Notes: a model not told the origin generated them from the sequence alone. Counted from the first letter of the whole stretch, positions 9,360 to 19,105 are shown. The stretch: 63,895 bases of DNA, filler included, from Actinomycetota bacterium (GCA_009886115.1; 4 parts of 4 records of this genome joined end to end with filler, not necessarily neighbours in it), one strand, 5' to 3'. A program made the numbers and translations.

Positions 9360-10112
9360 ATGCCGATGAATCCGGCGGTTCGGTCCGTGACGGCGTTCTT
9401 CCCCTGCTTCAACGACGCGCCGAGCATCGGCGGGCTCGTCGAAGCGGTGCACGAGACGCTGAGCGGCCAGGTCGAGTGCTTCGACGTGGTCGTCATTGAC
9501 GACGGTTCCAGTGACAACTCGCTGGAGGTGCTGAAGGAGGTTGCGGGGCGGCTCCCCGATGTGCGCATCGTCGCCCATCCTCGCAACCGTGGCTACGGCG
9601 GCGCGCTCAAGTCGGGATTCGCCGCGGCCACCCACGACTGGGTCTTCTACACCGACGGCGACGGCCAGTACGACCCCCGTGAGCTGAAATCGCTGATCGA
9701 AGCCGCGAGCGACGATGTCGACGTGGTCCAGGGGTGGAAGCTCCGACGAGGCGACGGACCGGTACGAACCGTGATCGGTCGGATCTGGCATCGCACGGTG
9801 GCGATCCTGTTCGGAATCGGGGTGCGAGACACCGACTGCGACTTCCGGCTGATCCGCCGCTCGGTGATCGAGCGCGTCCCCCTCGAGGTCGACAGCGGCG
9901 TGTTCCCGGTGGAGCTCGTCACCCGGCTGCAGGCCATCGGAGCGCGGTTCGTCGAGATCCCCGTGAGTCACTACCCCCGTGCACACGGCCGGTCCCAGTT
10001 CTTCAGGGTTGGCCGCATCGCTCGGACGCTTCGCGACCTCGCCGTGCTGTGGTGGAAGCTCGTGGTCCGCAAGCAGCGAGCCCAGGTCCGTCAGGGCAGC
10101 TCGGCTCCCTGA
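9360..10112 (+). CDS. GT2 polyprenol-phosphate glycosyltransferase (DPM1/ArnC-like)
   Basis: IDDGSSD, NRGYGGAL, TDGDGQYD, DTDCDFRL. Confidence 0.88.
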   Translation: MPMNPAVRSVTAFFPCFNDAPSIGGLVEAVHETLSGQVECFDVVVIDDGSSDNSLEVLKEVAGRLPDVRIVAHPRNRGYGGALKSGFAAATHDWVFYTDGDGQYDPRELKSLIEAASDDVDVVQGWKLRRGDGPVRTVIGRIWHRTVAILFGIGVRDTDCDFRLIRRSVIERVPLEVDSGVFPVELVTRLQAIGARFVEIPVSHYPRAHGRSQFFRVGRIARTLRDLAVLWWKLVVRKQRAQVRQGSSAP

Positions 10113-10146
10113 GCCCGCGCCCGGGGCCCGGCGCCCGGCGGTGCCG

Positions 10147-10359
10147 TTAGTCGCGGTCGAATTCGTCCAGGAGCTTCCGGACTTCCGACTCTGGGAAGCG
10201 GCGGTGCCCTCCGAACGTGCGGCGCGACGCCAGGCGGCCCGCGTCGGCCCAACGACTCACCGTCTTGGGGTTGACCCGGAACATCCGTGCCACTTCCCCG
10301 GGCGTGAGCCAGCGCTCGTTCGACCGGGTGCTCGGCTTGACCTGCTCGTGATCGTTCAT
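10147..10359 (-). CDS. bldC: BldC-family MerR-like DNA-binding protein
   Basis: LTPGEVARMFRVNPKTVSRWADAGRL..RT.GGHRRF. Confidence 0.88.
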   Translation of the reverse strand: MNDHEQVKPSTRSNERWLTPGEVARMFRVNPKTVSRWADAGRLASRRTFGGHRRFPESEVRKLLDEFDRD

Positions 10360-10637
10360 CGCAGTGACCTCGCGTTCTCAGACCGTCAGATCATCGACCG
10401 GACCGCGCCCGATCCTGAACCAACACTCCTTCGATTCCAGACATGGGCACGGCGGTCGAACATCGATCCTGTGTCCACACGGATTGTGGTTGCCGTTCAT
10501 GAAGTGGCCATGAAGAGTCGGACCTTTCCGACAGTGACATCTTCGGGGCCCACCCACACCCTATCCCTGCTCCACTGTAGGCCTGACCGCTGGCCGGCGT
10601 GTTCGCGACCAGCGTTCAGTGTCCGAGTGAGAAGCGC

Positions 10638-11435
10638 TCACGCCACGAGGTACTCGGCGATGACCGGCCAAGCCGTCGGGTCCTGGAGCATGAACACGTG
10701 CCCGCCGTCGAAGAGCTCGAGGCGAGCGCCCGGAATCTGCCGGGCCATGGCCTCCTGGTTGGCGAGCGGGGCGATCCCGTCGAAGCGACCCGCGGCGATC
10801 AGCACCGGCATCGTGAGTCGGGCGAGCCGCTCGAACGTGTCGTGGTGCGATCGAGCCGCCAGCTGGAGCTTCATCCCCTCCTCCTGTCGAGGATCGGGGG
10901 ATGCCGCAGCCGACGCCGCCAGCATCTGCATCATGCCGATGAACGCTTCACCGGCAGCTTCGCCGCGCGTGTCCAGCAAGGTGATGTTGGCCGCCTGGCG
11001 CTCGTGGGCCGAGAGCTCCCACAGCTCGTGCAGCGGGTAGCTGGAGCCGCCGGTCCCGCCCGGCGAGGTGCAGGCGAGCACCAGCCGCTCGACCCGCTCG
11101 GGCCACGTCACCGCCAGTTCCTGGGCCACCATGCCGCCGAACGACACGCCGACCACCCGGCATGTATCCCAGCCCACGTGGTCGAGGAGCGCTGCGGCAT
11201 CGGCGGCGTAGTCGGCCATCGTCGGCGGCTCGTCGCCCCACCCCGACTGCCCGAGGCAGCGCTGGTCGTAGAGCACGAGATCGCAGGTATCGGGGAGCGG
11301 TCCGGCGAGGAACCGCATGGTGCGCAGATCACCACCACTGCCGTTGATGAACAGCACCCGTGGCGCGCCGGGGCGATCGGTGAGCCCGGCGCGCTCGTGG
11401 TAGATCTCGATTCCATTGGCGGATGCGAAGGGCAT
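10638..11435 (-). CDS. Alpha/beta hydrolase
   Basis: GVSFGG nucleophile elbow, GRFDG, GGH. Confidence 0.85.
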   Translation of the reverse strand: MPFASANGIEIYHERAGLTDRPGAPRVLFINGSGGDLRTMRFLAGPLPDTCDLVLYDQRCLGQSGWGDEPPTMADYAADAAALLDHVGWDTCRVVGVSFGGMVAQELAVTWPERVERLVLACTSPGGTGGSSYPLHELWELSAHERQAANITLLDTRGEAAGEAFIGMMQMLAASAAASPDPRQEEGMKLQLAARSHHDTFERLARLTMPVLIAAGRFDGIAPLANQEAMARQIPGARLELFDGGHVFMLQDPTAWPVIAEYLVA

Positions 11436-11446
11436 GGCCGGGCTCC

Positions 11447-12310
11447 TCAGGCGGGCGTCGACGAGTCGGTGACGCGACGATCGAGCGGGATCCCGTCGGG
11501 GCCCCGTCCGTCGTACAGCTGGGTGAGATATCGCCGGAGATGGCCGTCGCGGTCGGTGGCCCGCTCGGCCAGCATCGCGGCGTCCTCGTCGTGGGTGACG
11601 ATGAGGAAGCGCTCCTGCTCGACGGCCAGGGCCACCATCTCGCCGACGGCCTCGGGTTCGATCGCCCGCGCCATGTGGGCGGGAAAGTTGGTCCACGCCG
11701 GGTCGGTGAGGCCGGCGAATCGCGCCGTCTCGCCCAGGTTCGTGGCCACGAGCCCCGGGCACAGGCACGACACGCCGATTCCCTTGGGCACGAGGTGCAG
11801 GTACAGGCCTTCCGACAAGCCCACGACCGCGTGCTTCGACGTGATGTACGGGATCGAGTCGTAGCTGTAGGCGTACAGGCCGGCGACCGATGCCGTGTTG
11901 ATCACCCAGCCCGAGCCCTGGGCGAGCAGGTGCGGCACGAAGGCCCGGATGCCCCGGACGACGCTGAACGTGTTCACCTCGAGCTGCCAGCGCCACAGAT
12001 CCATCGGGACCTGTTCAGGCGGCCCGAGCACCGAGGCTCCGGCGTTGTTCATGAGCACGTCGACCCGCCCCATCTCGGCGATGGTGCGCGCCGCGAGCGC
12101 GTCGACGTCGTCGTCGGACGTCACGTCGCATCGCACGCCGATCGCCGTGGCCCCCATGGCCTCCAGCTCGGCGACGGTCGCTGCGGTGCGCTCCTCGTGG
12201 ATGTCGGCGACCACGATGCTGGCGCCTCGGCGGGCGAAGGCCAGGGCCGAACCCCGTCCGATCCCGGACGCACCGCCGGTGATGACCGCGACCAGCCCTT
12301 CCAGCTTCAT
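11447..12310 (-). CDS. Short-chain dehydrogenase/reductase
   Basis: TGGASGIG, NNAG, YITSKHA. Confidence 0.9.
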   Translation of the reverse strand: MKLEGLVAVITGGASGIGRGSALAFARRGASIVVADIHEERTAATVAELEAMGATAIGVRCDVTSDDDVDALAARTIAEMGRVDVLMNNAGASVLGPPEQVPMDLWRWQLEVNTFSVVRGIRAFVPHLLAQGSGWVINTASVAGLYAYSYDSIPYITSKHAVVGLSEGLYLHLVPKGIGVSCLCPGLVATNLGETARFAGLTDPAWTNFPAHMARAIEPEAVGEMVALAVEQERFLIVTHDEDAAMLAERATDRDGHLRRYLTQLYDGRGPDGIPLDRRVTDSSTPA

Positions 12311-12422
12311 TGCGTGACTCCCGGTCGTCGTGGGGTGCGGGCCGATCGGCCCGCCCGGTCGTATCCTGCCGCCTCGTATCCTGCCGGTGCCTACCACGTC
12401 GACCGCTTCGGAGACATTCCCG

Positions 12423-14030
12423 ATGGCCTCACCGCTCTACGACGCCCGGACGTTCTGGGAGATGCTCCATCGGCGCGCGGCGCTGTCGCCCGACCAACCG
12501 TTCCTGCTCGACGACGGCGACCGGCGGGTCACCTTCGGCGAGTTCCGGGCCTGGGCCGAGCGGGTCGCGGCCGGTCTCCACGGTCTCGGAGTGCGGGAGT
12601 CGACCGTCGTCACCTGGCAGCTCCCCACGCGCATCGAGACGATCGTCGTGTCGTTCGCGCTTTCGCGGCTCGGCGCGGTGCAGAACCCGATCCTGCCGAT
12701 CTACCGCGAGCGTGAAGTCGGCTTCGCATTGCGGCAGTTGGGCGCGGCCGTCGTGGCGCACCCTGGCACCTGGCGGGGCTTCGACTACGGGGCGATGGTC
12801 GACCGGCTGATCGCCAGCGGGGCGGGACGGGGCAGCGGCAGCGGCGAACGTGCGGTGCCCCCGATCGTGCTCGACTGCTCGGAGGGCCTGCCCGAGGGCG
12901 ACCCGGCCACGCTGCCCGAACCGCCGGGGGCCTCAACCACACCCGAGTCGGCCCCGATCCGTTGGGTCTATTACACCTCGGGCACGACGGCCGACCCCAA
13001 GGGCGTGCAACACACCGACGAGACGCTCATCGCCGGTGGCGTCGGGCTGGCCATGACCATGGACACCTCGCCGACCGACGTGGGCTCGATCGCCTTTCCG
13101 TACACGCACATCGGCGGGCCCGACTACATCGTCAGCAGCGTGACCCTGGGGTTCCCCGTGGTGCTGCTCGAGACGTTCGTGGCGGCAGCGGCCGTCGAGA
13201 CCTTCCGCCGCCATGGCGTCACGATGGCCGGCGGGGGAACAGCGTTCTACCTGGCGTACCTGAACGAGCAACGCAAGCACCCCGGCACCACGCTGATCCC
13301 CACGTTGCGGTTCCTCTCCGGCGGAGGGGCGCCCAAGCCGCCCGAGGTGTTCTGGGAGGTCAAGGACGAGCTCCGATGCCGGGGCGCCGTACACGGCTAC
13401 GGCATGACCGAGTGCCCGATGATCACCCAGGGGAGCCCGAGCGACACCGACGAGCAGCTCGCCAACTCCGACGGGGCGCCCGTCAACGGCTGCATCGTCA
13501 CCATCGTCACGGCCGACGGAGAGGAGGCGGCGCCGGGTGAGGTGGGCGAGGTGCGCCTGGCCGGGCCCATGGTGTTCAAGGGCTACACCGATACCGCCCT
13601 GAACGTCGACGCGTTCGACGAGCGCGGCCGGTTCCGTACCGGCGATCTGGGGATGCTGCGACCCGACGGCCACATCAGCCTCACCGGGCGCATCAAGGAC
13701 GTGATCATCCGCAAGGGCGAGAACGTCTCGGCCAAGGAGATCGAGGACGTCCTCTACACCCACCCCGCCGTCGGCGACTGCGCGGTCATCGGCCTTCCCG
13801 ACCGCGAGCGCGGTGAACGGGTCTGCGCTGTGGTCGAGACCGCGCCGGGTGCCGAGCCACTCACCTTCACCGCCATGGCGCAGTGGTGCCGCCAGGCTGG
13901 GCTGATGACGCAGAAGATCCCCGAGCAGCTCGAGGTTCGCGAGACGCTGCCCCGCAACGCCACCTTGAAGATCCTCAAGTATCAGCTGCGCCACGAGCTC
14001 GAGGGCCGAGCCTGGGCCCCGCAGTCCTGA
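12423..14030 (+). CDS. AMP-binding acyl-CoA synthetase (cyclohexanecarboxylate-CoA ligase-like)
   Basis: YTSGTTADPKG, GYGMTE, FRTGD, GRIKDVIIRKGEN, LKILK. Confidence 0.88.
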   Translation: MASPLYDARTFWEMLHRRAALSPDQPFLLDDGDRRVTFGEFRAWAERVAAGLHGLGVRESTVVTWQLPTRIETIVVSFALSRLGAVQNPILPIYREREVGFALRQLGAAVVAHPGTWRGFDYGAMVDRLIASGAGRGSGSGERAVPPIVLDCSEGLPEGDPATLPEPPGASTTPESAPIRWVYYTSGTTADPKGVQHTDETLIAGGVGLAMTMDTSPTDVGSIAFPYTHIGGPDYIVSSVTLGFPVVLLETFVAAAAVETFRRHGVTMAGGGTAFYLAYLNEQRKHPGTTLIPTLRFLSGGGAPKPPEVFWEVKDELRCRGAVHGYGMTECPMITQGSPSDTDEQLANSDGAPVNGCIVTIVTADGEEAAPGEVGEVRLAGPMVFKGYTDTALNVDAFDERGRFRTGDLGMLRPDGHISLTGRIKDVIIRKGENVSAKEIEDVLYTHPAVGDCAVIGLPDRERGERVCAVVETAPGAEPLTFTAMAQWCRQAGLMTQKIPEQLEVRETLPRNATLKILKYQLRHELEGRAWAPQS

Positions 14031-14064
14031 CTCAGAGGGCTCAGAGGGCTCAGAGGGCTCAGAG
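14031..14064. repeat. (CTCAGAGGG) x ~3.8 tandem repeat
   Basis: Directly visible between convergent stops. Confidence 0.85.
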
Positions 14065-15177
14065 CGTCGACGGGTAGGGCGAGAGCTCGACGGCGTCGCG
14101 GGTGACGGCCGCGATGCTCGGGAGCCCGAGCAGCGCCAGCGCGGCGTGGGTTTCGCTACGCAGGATGCCGAGCACCCTCGCCACACCGGCTTCACCGTCA
14201 GCGGCCAGTCCCCACACGACCGGACGGCCCACAGCGACGACCGAGGCGCCGAGTGCGACGGCCTTGAGCACGTCGGGACCGCGGCGGACACCGCCATCGA
14301 GGCCGACCGGGACCTCGGCGCCGACCTCCGCGGCAATCGCCGGGAGCGCGTCGAGCGCGGCCGGCGCGCCATCGAGCTGACGGCCGCCGTGGTTCGACAC
14401 GAACACCGACGCTGCCCCGCACTCGACGGCCCTGCGGGCGTCTGCGGGCGTCATGATCCCCTTGGCGATCCAGGGAAGGCCGATGGCCACCGTCACCCGT
14501 TCGACATCGGTCCAGGTCCAGCCCGGCCCGGTGAAGGCCATCCGGGCCGCGAGCTCCTCGGCCGTGTAGTTGCCCTGCGACACGACGGGATCGGGCGAGA
14601 AGCGGTGCTCGGCCGGAGCGTCGCGCCAGCCGGCCTGATCGACGTCGAGGGTCACGACCACCGCGCTGAAGCCGGCTTCTGCGCCGCGACGGCCGAGGGC
14701 GATCACGGTGTCGTGACCTCCGATCGACGAGACCTGGAGGTAGCGGGCAGCGTCGGGCGCGGCCGCTCGCGGTGCGCTGAAAGCCAAGGTGGCGTTGGAG
14801 CTCAGGATCGCGGCGGTCCCAACGCTGGCTGCACCTCGTACCACCGCACGCTGGCCGTCGGGATGGAACACGGTGTCGAGGCCGAACGGGGCCACGAGCA
14901 CCGGGAACGACAACGACTCGCCGAGGAAGGTCGTCGCCAACGAGGGGTCGGCGTTGCCCGTGCCCACACGGGGCCGGAACTGCCACCGGTCGAACGCAGC
15001 CCGGTTGGCGCGGACGGTCCATTGCTCGCCCGAGCCGGCCTCGACGTAGGCCCAGGCTCCCGGGTCGAGCGTGTCGCGGGCAGCCCGCTCGATCTCGCCC
15101 AGGGTCACGAAGCGCTCGGCCGAGCCCCAGGTCGTCACCCGGGCCGTCACGTCGGCCGCGCCGGGCCGGGCGGTCAC
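14059..15177 (-). CDS. FMN-dependent alpha-hydroxy-acid oxidase/dehydrogenase
   Basis: SNHGGRQLD, DGGVRRGPDVLKA, VGRP; GTGA coupling to the upstream gene. Confidence 0.9.
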   Translation of the reverse strand: MTARPGAADVTARVTTWGSAERFVTLGEIERAARDTLDPGAWAYVEAGSGEQWTVRANRAAFDRWQFRPRVGTGNADPSLATTFLGESLSFPVLVAPFGLDTVFHPDGQRAVVRGAASVGTAAILSSNATLAFSAPRAAAPDAARYLQVSSIGGHDTVIALGRRGAEAGFSAVVVTLDVDQAGWRDAPAEHRFSPDPVVSQGNYTAEELAARMAFTGPGWTWTDVERVTVAIGLPWIAKGIMTPADARRAVECGAASVFVSNHGGRQLDGAPAALDALPAIAAEVGAEVPVGLDGGVRRGPDVLKAVALGASVVAVGRPVVWGLAADGEAGVARVLGILRSETHAALALLGLPSIAAVTRDAVELSPYPSTL

Positions 15178-16190
15178 TCCGGATCCCCGGCCGGGAGCGC
15201 CCAGGCTGCGCCGGCGATGGCAAGATCGGCCGCGGCCGTCTCGTGCTCGATCGGGGCACCGGCCACGTAGCGCCGCAGGTTCTCGCCGAACGCCCGCGCC
15301 GTCCGGTCGTGCCGTCCGGCGCCGCCGGCCGAGGTGTGCGCGGTCGCGACCACGGAGGGGTGCGACCAGAGTCGACTGTCGGCCGGCAGCGGCTCGGTCT
15401 CGAACACGTCGAGGATGGCCCGTTCGGGCACACCCCGATCGAGCGCGGTGAGCAAGGCGTCCTCGTCGACCAGCGAACCCCGGGCCACGTTCACGAGGAT
15501 CGACCCAGGTTTCATGGCTGCGAGGAACTCGGCGTCGACGAGCTTGCTGGTCTGGTCCGATCCGGGAACGGCCAACACCACCACGTCGGCGCGGGGGACC
15601 AGGCTGGGGATGGCCGCCGGCCCGTGGATCTCGTCGACCGGGTCGCGCCCGGTCGGGTTCCGGCGTACTCCGAGCGTCGTGGCCCCGAACGCCCGGGCCC
15701 GTTCGGCGACCGCCGCGCCGATCCCCCCGAGGCCGATCACCAACCACGTCGTGCCGATGACCTCACGGAACTCGGCCCGGCGCCATTGGTGATCCGACTG
15801 ATCGGCGCGCCATTGCCCGTGGGGCTGGTAGCAGGCGAGCACCTGAGCCATCACGTACTCGGCGATGCTGATCCCGTTCACGTGGGTCGTCGAGAGCCGG
15901 ACTCCCTGACGGGCCAGGTCGCCGAAGAACGCGGCATCGACCCCGGCCGAGGCGCTGTGGGCCCAGCGCAGCGTGGGGGAGCGCATCGCCAACTCCAGCA
16001 TGGGCGTGACGGTGCCGTCGAAGAACGTGTCGATCGACAGCCACATCACGTCCGGACGGGGATCGGGGTCGGACGTCTCACCGTCGGCCGCCACGGTCAC
16101 CCAGCGGGCATCGGGGGCGGCTTGGTGGAGGAGACCCGTCCACCGGTCGTAGGCGGCCCGGCTCACGAGGATCTGGATCTGGGGGGTCAC
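15174..16190 (-). CDS. D-2-hydroxyacid dehydrogenase
   Basis: SAGVD, GLGGIG, NVARG, LDVFETEP, TAHTS. Confidence 0.9.
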   Translation of the reverse strand: MTPQIQILVSRAAYDRWTGLLHQAAPDARWVTVAADGETSDPDPRPDVMWLSIDTFFDGTVTPMLELAMRSPTLRWAHSASAGVDAAFFGDLARQGVRLSTTHVNGISIAEYVMAQVLACYQPHGQWRADQSDHQWRRAEFREVIGTTWLVIGLGGIGAAVAERARAFGATTLGVRRNPTGRDPVDEIHGPAAIPSLVPRADVVVLAVPGSDQTSKLVDAEFLAAMKPGSILVNVARGSLVDEDALLTALDRGVPERAILDVFETEPLPADSRLWSHPSVVATAHTSAGGAGRHDRTARAFGENLRRYVAGAPIEHETAAADLAIAGAAWALPAGDPE

Positions 16191-16237
16191 GGGTCGGCAT
16201 CGTAGGCGTCGGTGATGCCAGGCTCTCGGGGAAAGGG

Positions 16238-17362
16238 GTGAAGGTGACGAGCCACACCGACGTGTACACCGACGGGGCCTGCTTGAAGAACCCCGGCCCC
16301 GGCGGGTGGGCCTGGGCCGTCGCCGACGGGCCCTTCGCCAGCGGCCACGCCGCGCACGCCACGAACCAACGCATGGAGATCACCGCGGCGTACGAGGCGC
16401 TGCGGGCACTCGCCGGGCGCGTGGAGGTGGTGAGCGACTCGACGTACGTCGTCAACTGCTTCGTGCAGGGATGGTGGAAGGCCTGGCTGGCCAAGGGCTG
16501 GCTGAACTCGAAGAAGCAACCGGTCGCCAACCGCGACCTCTGGGAGCCGTTCATCGCGCTCGTGCGCGATCGGGGTGACGTGACGTTCCGTTGGGTGAAG
16601 GGCCACAGCGGCGACGCGATGAACGACGCCGTCGACCGTCTGGCCACCACCGCAGCGAAGGAACAGGCGGGCCTCTCGGGCGCCCGAGTCGACCTGGCCT
16701 GGGTGGCGACGCTCGATGCCGATGCCCCCGGAGGGGCTGGCGCCTGGTCTGGTGCCCGGGCGTCGAGCACCAGCGGGCCCAGCCCATCGACTCCCGGCCT
16801 GGGTGCGGGAGCGGGTGGGGGCGCGGGTGCGGGCGCGGGCGGGGGCGGTCAACCCGTGGTCCCCGACGGGCGTCTGATCGCCGTGGTCGGCCATCGCCCA
16901 CCCGAGCTGGGCGGCTACGGCGACAACCCCACGGCCACCGCGACCCGCGACCGGCTCGTCGAGATCCTGGTGGCCAAGGCCCGCCTGCACCCCGACATCG
17001 TGGTGCTCACCGGCCTGGGCCTGGGCGCCGAGCAGCTCGGGGCCGAGGCGGCGGCAATCGCCGGGCTCCCCTACATCGCCGTGTTGGCGTATCCCCAGCC
17101 CGACGCCGTGTGGCCCGAGGCCAGCCGCGCCCGCTTCCGCCAGCTCGTGCAGGACGCGCACAGCCAGCTGCTCATCTCGAGGGAGACACCGGCGACCAAG
17201 CAGGACGCCGGTCGCGCGATGGCGCGTCGTGACGCCTGGCTGGCCCGTCACGCCGCCGAGGCGATCGCCGTCTGGGACGGGCGCGAGGAGTTCACCGGCC
17301 GTCTGGTGCGCTCGTTCGAGGACCATCTCGGCGACGACGTGTGGATCCTCGACCCCCGATGA
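16238..17362 (+). CDS. rnhA: Ribonuclease HI fused through a Gly/Ala linker to a SLOG (YspA/DUF1273-like) domain
   Basis: YTDGAC, TNQRME, SDSTY, NRDLW, WVKGHSG..ND.VD; C-domain VVGHRP, TGLGLGAEQ, RDAWL, AVWDG. Confidence 0.85.
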   Translation: MKVTSHTDVYTDGACLKNPGPGGWAWAVADGPFASGHAAHATNQRMEITAAYEALRALAGRVEVVSDSTYVVNCFVQGWWKAWLAKGWLNSKKQPVANRDLWEPFIALVRDRGDVTFRWVKGHSGDAMNDAVDRLATTAAKEQAGLSGARVDLAWVATLDADAPGGAGAWSGARASSTSGPSPSTPGLGAGAGGGAGAGAGGGGQPVVPDGRLIAVVGHRPPELGGYGDNPTATATRDRLVEILVAKARLHPDIVVLTGLGLGAEQLGAEAAAIAGLPYIAVLAYPQPDAVWPEASRARFRQLVQDAHSQLLISRETPATKQDAGRAMARRDAWLARHAAEAIAVWDGREEFTGRLVRSFEDHLGDDVWILDPR

Positions 17363-17369
17363 TCCCGCG

Positions 17370-18599
17370 ATGAAGCCGCTCGACGGGGTGACCGTCCTCG
17401 ACCTGAGTCGGGTGGTGTCGGGGCCCACGTGCTGCTTCTGGCTGGCGGCCCTGGGCGCCGAGGTCATCAGGGTCGAGGCCCCTGGCGGTGACGTGACCTG
17501 GATCGCTCCGCCGTTCGTCGGCCCCGACGGGGTGCACCGCGGCGTGCGGGGCCCGCGCGACATCGGGGTGAGCGCGCTGCGCAAGGGGCGGGGCAAGCGC
17601 TCGGTCGTGCTCGACCTCAAGACCGACGGGGGCCGCGATGCCATGGTGCGTCTGGTCGAGCGGGCCGACGTGCTGGTCGAGAACTACACACCGGGGGTCA
17701 TGGCCTCGCTGCGATTGGCCTACGAGGACCTCGTCGCCGTCAACCCCCGACTCGTCTACTGCTCAATCACCGGGTTCGGGCCCGACGGTCCCTACCGCGA
17801 CCGTCCGTCGATGGATCTCGTCGTGCAGGCCATGTCGGGCCTGATGGCCAAGACCGGCTTCCCCGACGGCCCTCCGACCAAGGTGGGAGCCACGATCGGT
17901 GATCAGCTCCCAGGTGCGTTCGCCGCGTTGGGCATCGTCGCCGCGCTCCGCCAGCGCGACCACGATCCTCAGCACTGCGGTCAGGTCGTCGATGTCTCGA
18001 TGCTCGACGCGCTCATCGCGCTGGTGTGGGACGAGCCCGTCGATGACTACCGCGATCAGGGCTTCCCGATGCGGGCGGGCAACGCCGACTCCCGGGGCGC
18101 CCCCCTCGACGCCTACGAGACGGCCGACGGGTGGATCACCGTGGTCATCGTCAGCGACTCCCAGTGGGACCGCATGGCCCGGTTGATGGACCGCGGCGAC
18201 CTGGCCGAGCGCTACCCGACCATCCGCCAGCGCGGCGCGGCCCGCGACGAGATCAACGGGGTGGTCGCCGACTGGTGCCGCACGCGCTCGACGGTGGACG
18301 TCGCAGCGGCTTTCGAGGACATCGAGATCCCGGCCGGCGTCGTGGCCGCACCGTGGGCGGCGGCGACCGATCCCCACGCGCTCCATCGCGGATCGCTCGA
18401 ACGCCTCGGCCATCCCGATCTGGCCGAACGCTCGCCGTACCTCGGCCCCGTGCTGCCCCTGCGTCTGTCCCGAGCCGACGTCACGACCACGACCCCGGCC
18501 GAGCCCCTCGGCGCATCAACCGAATCCGTGCTGCGCGACCTCGCCGGCTACACCGCGGCCGAGATCGCCGAGCTCCGCCGCTCGGGCACCCTGGGCTGA
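17370..18599 (+). CDS. CoA-transferase family III (CaiB/BaiF)
   Basis: VLDLSRVVSGP, GAEVIRVE, DVLVENY, SITGFG..GP, DLVVQAMSG. Confidence 0.9.
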   Translation: MKPLDGVTVLDLSRVVSGPTCCFWLAALGAEVIRVEAPGGDVTWIAPPFVGPDGVHRGVRGPRDIGVSALRKGRGKRSVVLDLKTDGGRDAMVRLVERADVLVENYTPGVMASLRLAYEDLVAVNPRLVYCSITGFGPDGPYRDRPSMDLVVQAMSGLMAKTGFPDGPPTKVGATIGDQLPGAFAALGIVAALRQRDHDPQHCGQVVDVSMLDALIALVWDEPVDDYRDQGFPMRAGNADSRGAPLDAYETADGWITVVIVSDSQWDRMARLMDRGDLAERYPTIRQRGAARDEINGVVADWCRTRSTVDVAAAFEDIEIPAGVVAAPWAAATDPHALHRGSLERLGHPDLAERSPYLGPVLPLRLSRADVTTTTPAEPLGASTESVLRDLAGYTAAEIAELRRSGTLG

Positions 18600-18631
18600 G
18601 CTCCCGGCGGGTCGTCGAACGTCCCCTCAGT

Positions 18632-18775
18632 TTGGAACGCGCCGTAGTTCTGTCCTTCGAGGAAGGGCGTGCCCTCGGACGGGAAGATCCGTGCGGCCCG
18701 GCCCACATTGACGACGAGAAAGAACAGGGGTACGAACATCGTGGGGAACAACGAGTCGGGAGTCCGCAATGCCTT
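18632..18775 (-). pseudogene. Probable fragment of an ABC-2 exporter permease
   Basis: Isolated protein-like stretch KALRTPDSLFPTMFVPLFFLVVNVG...NYGAFQ resembling TM1 of DrrB-type permeases, with non-protein-like flanks. Confidence 0.4.
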
Positions 18776-19105
18776 TGCAACGTCAAGATCTCGCGACCCG
18801 TCTGACGGGGATCGAGACCCGCCTCCTGAAGGGCGACGCCGATCTTGCGGCGGACGCCACGGGCGCGTTGACCGGTCAAGCGCCGTCTTCCTTCGGTCGT
18901 CTCGGAACTGTCGGAATCGCGGTGACGGGTTGTTCGCTTGCCGCATTCGGAGCGCCGTTCGCGACCTCGAGCATGCCACGCCGTGCCGAGAGCTACGGTC
19001 GGCATGCGTGCAGTGGTCGCGAGGAGTTCACGTAGCCGGTTGTCTGGAAGAATGGGCATCGAACGGGAGCGCGGCCAACCGAAGCACCGACCGACGGAGG
19101 TATCG

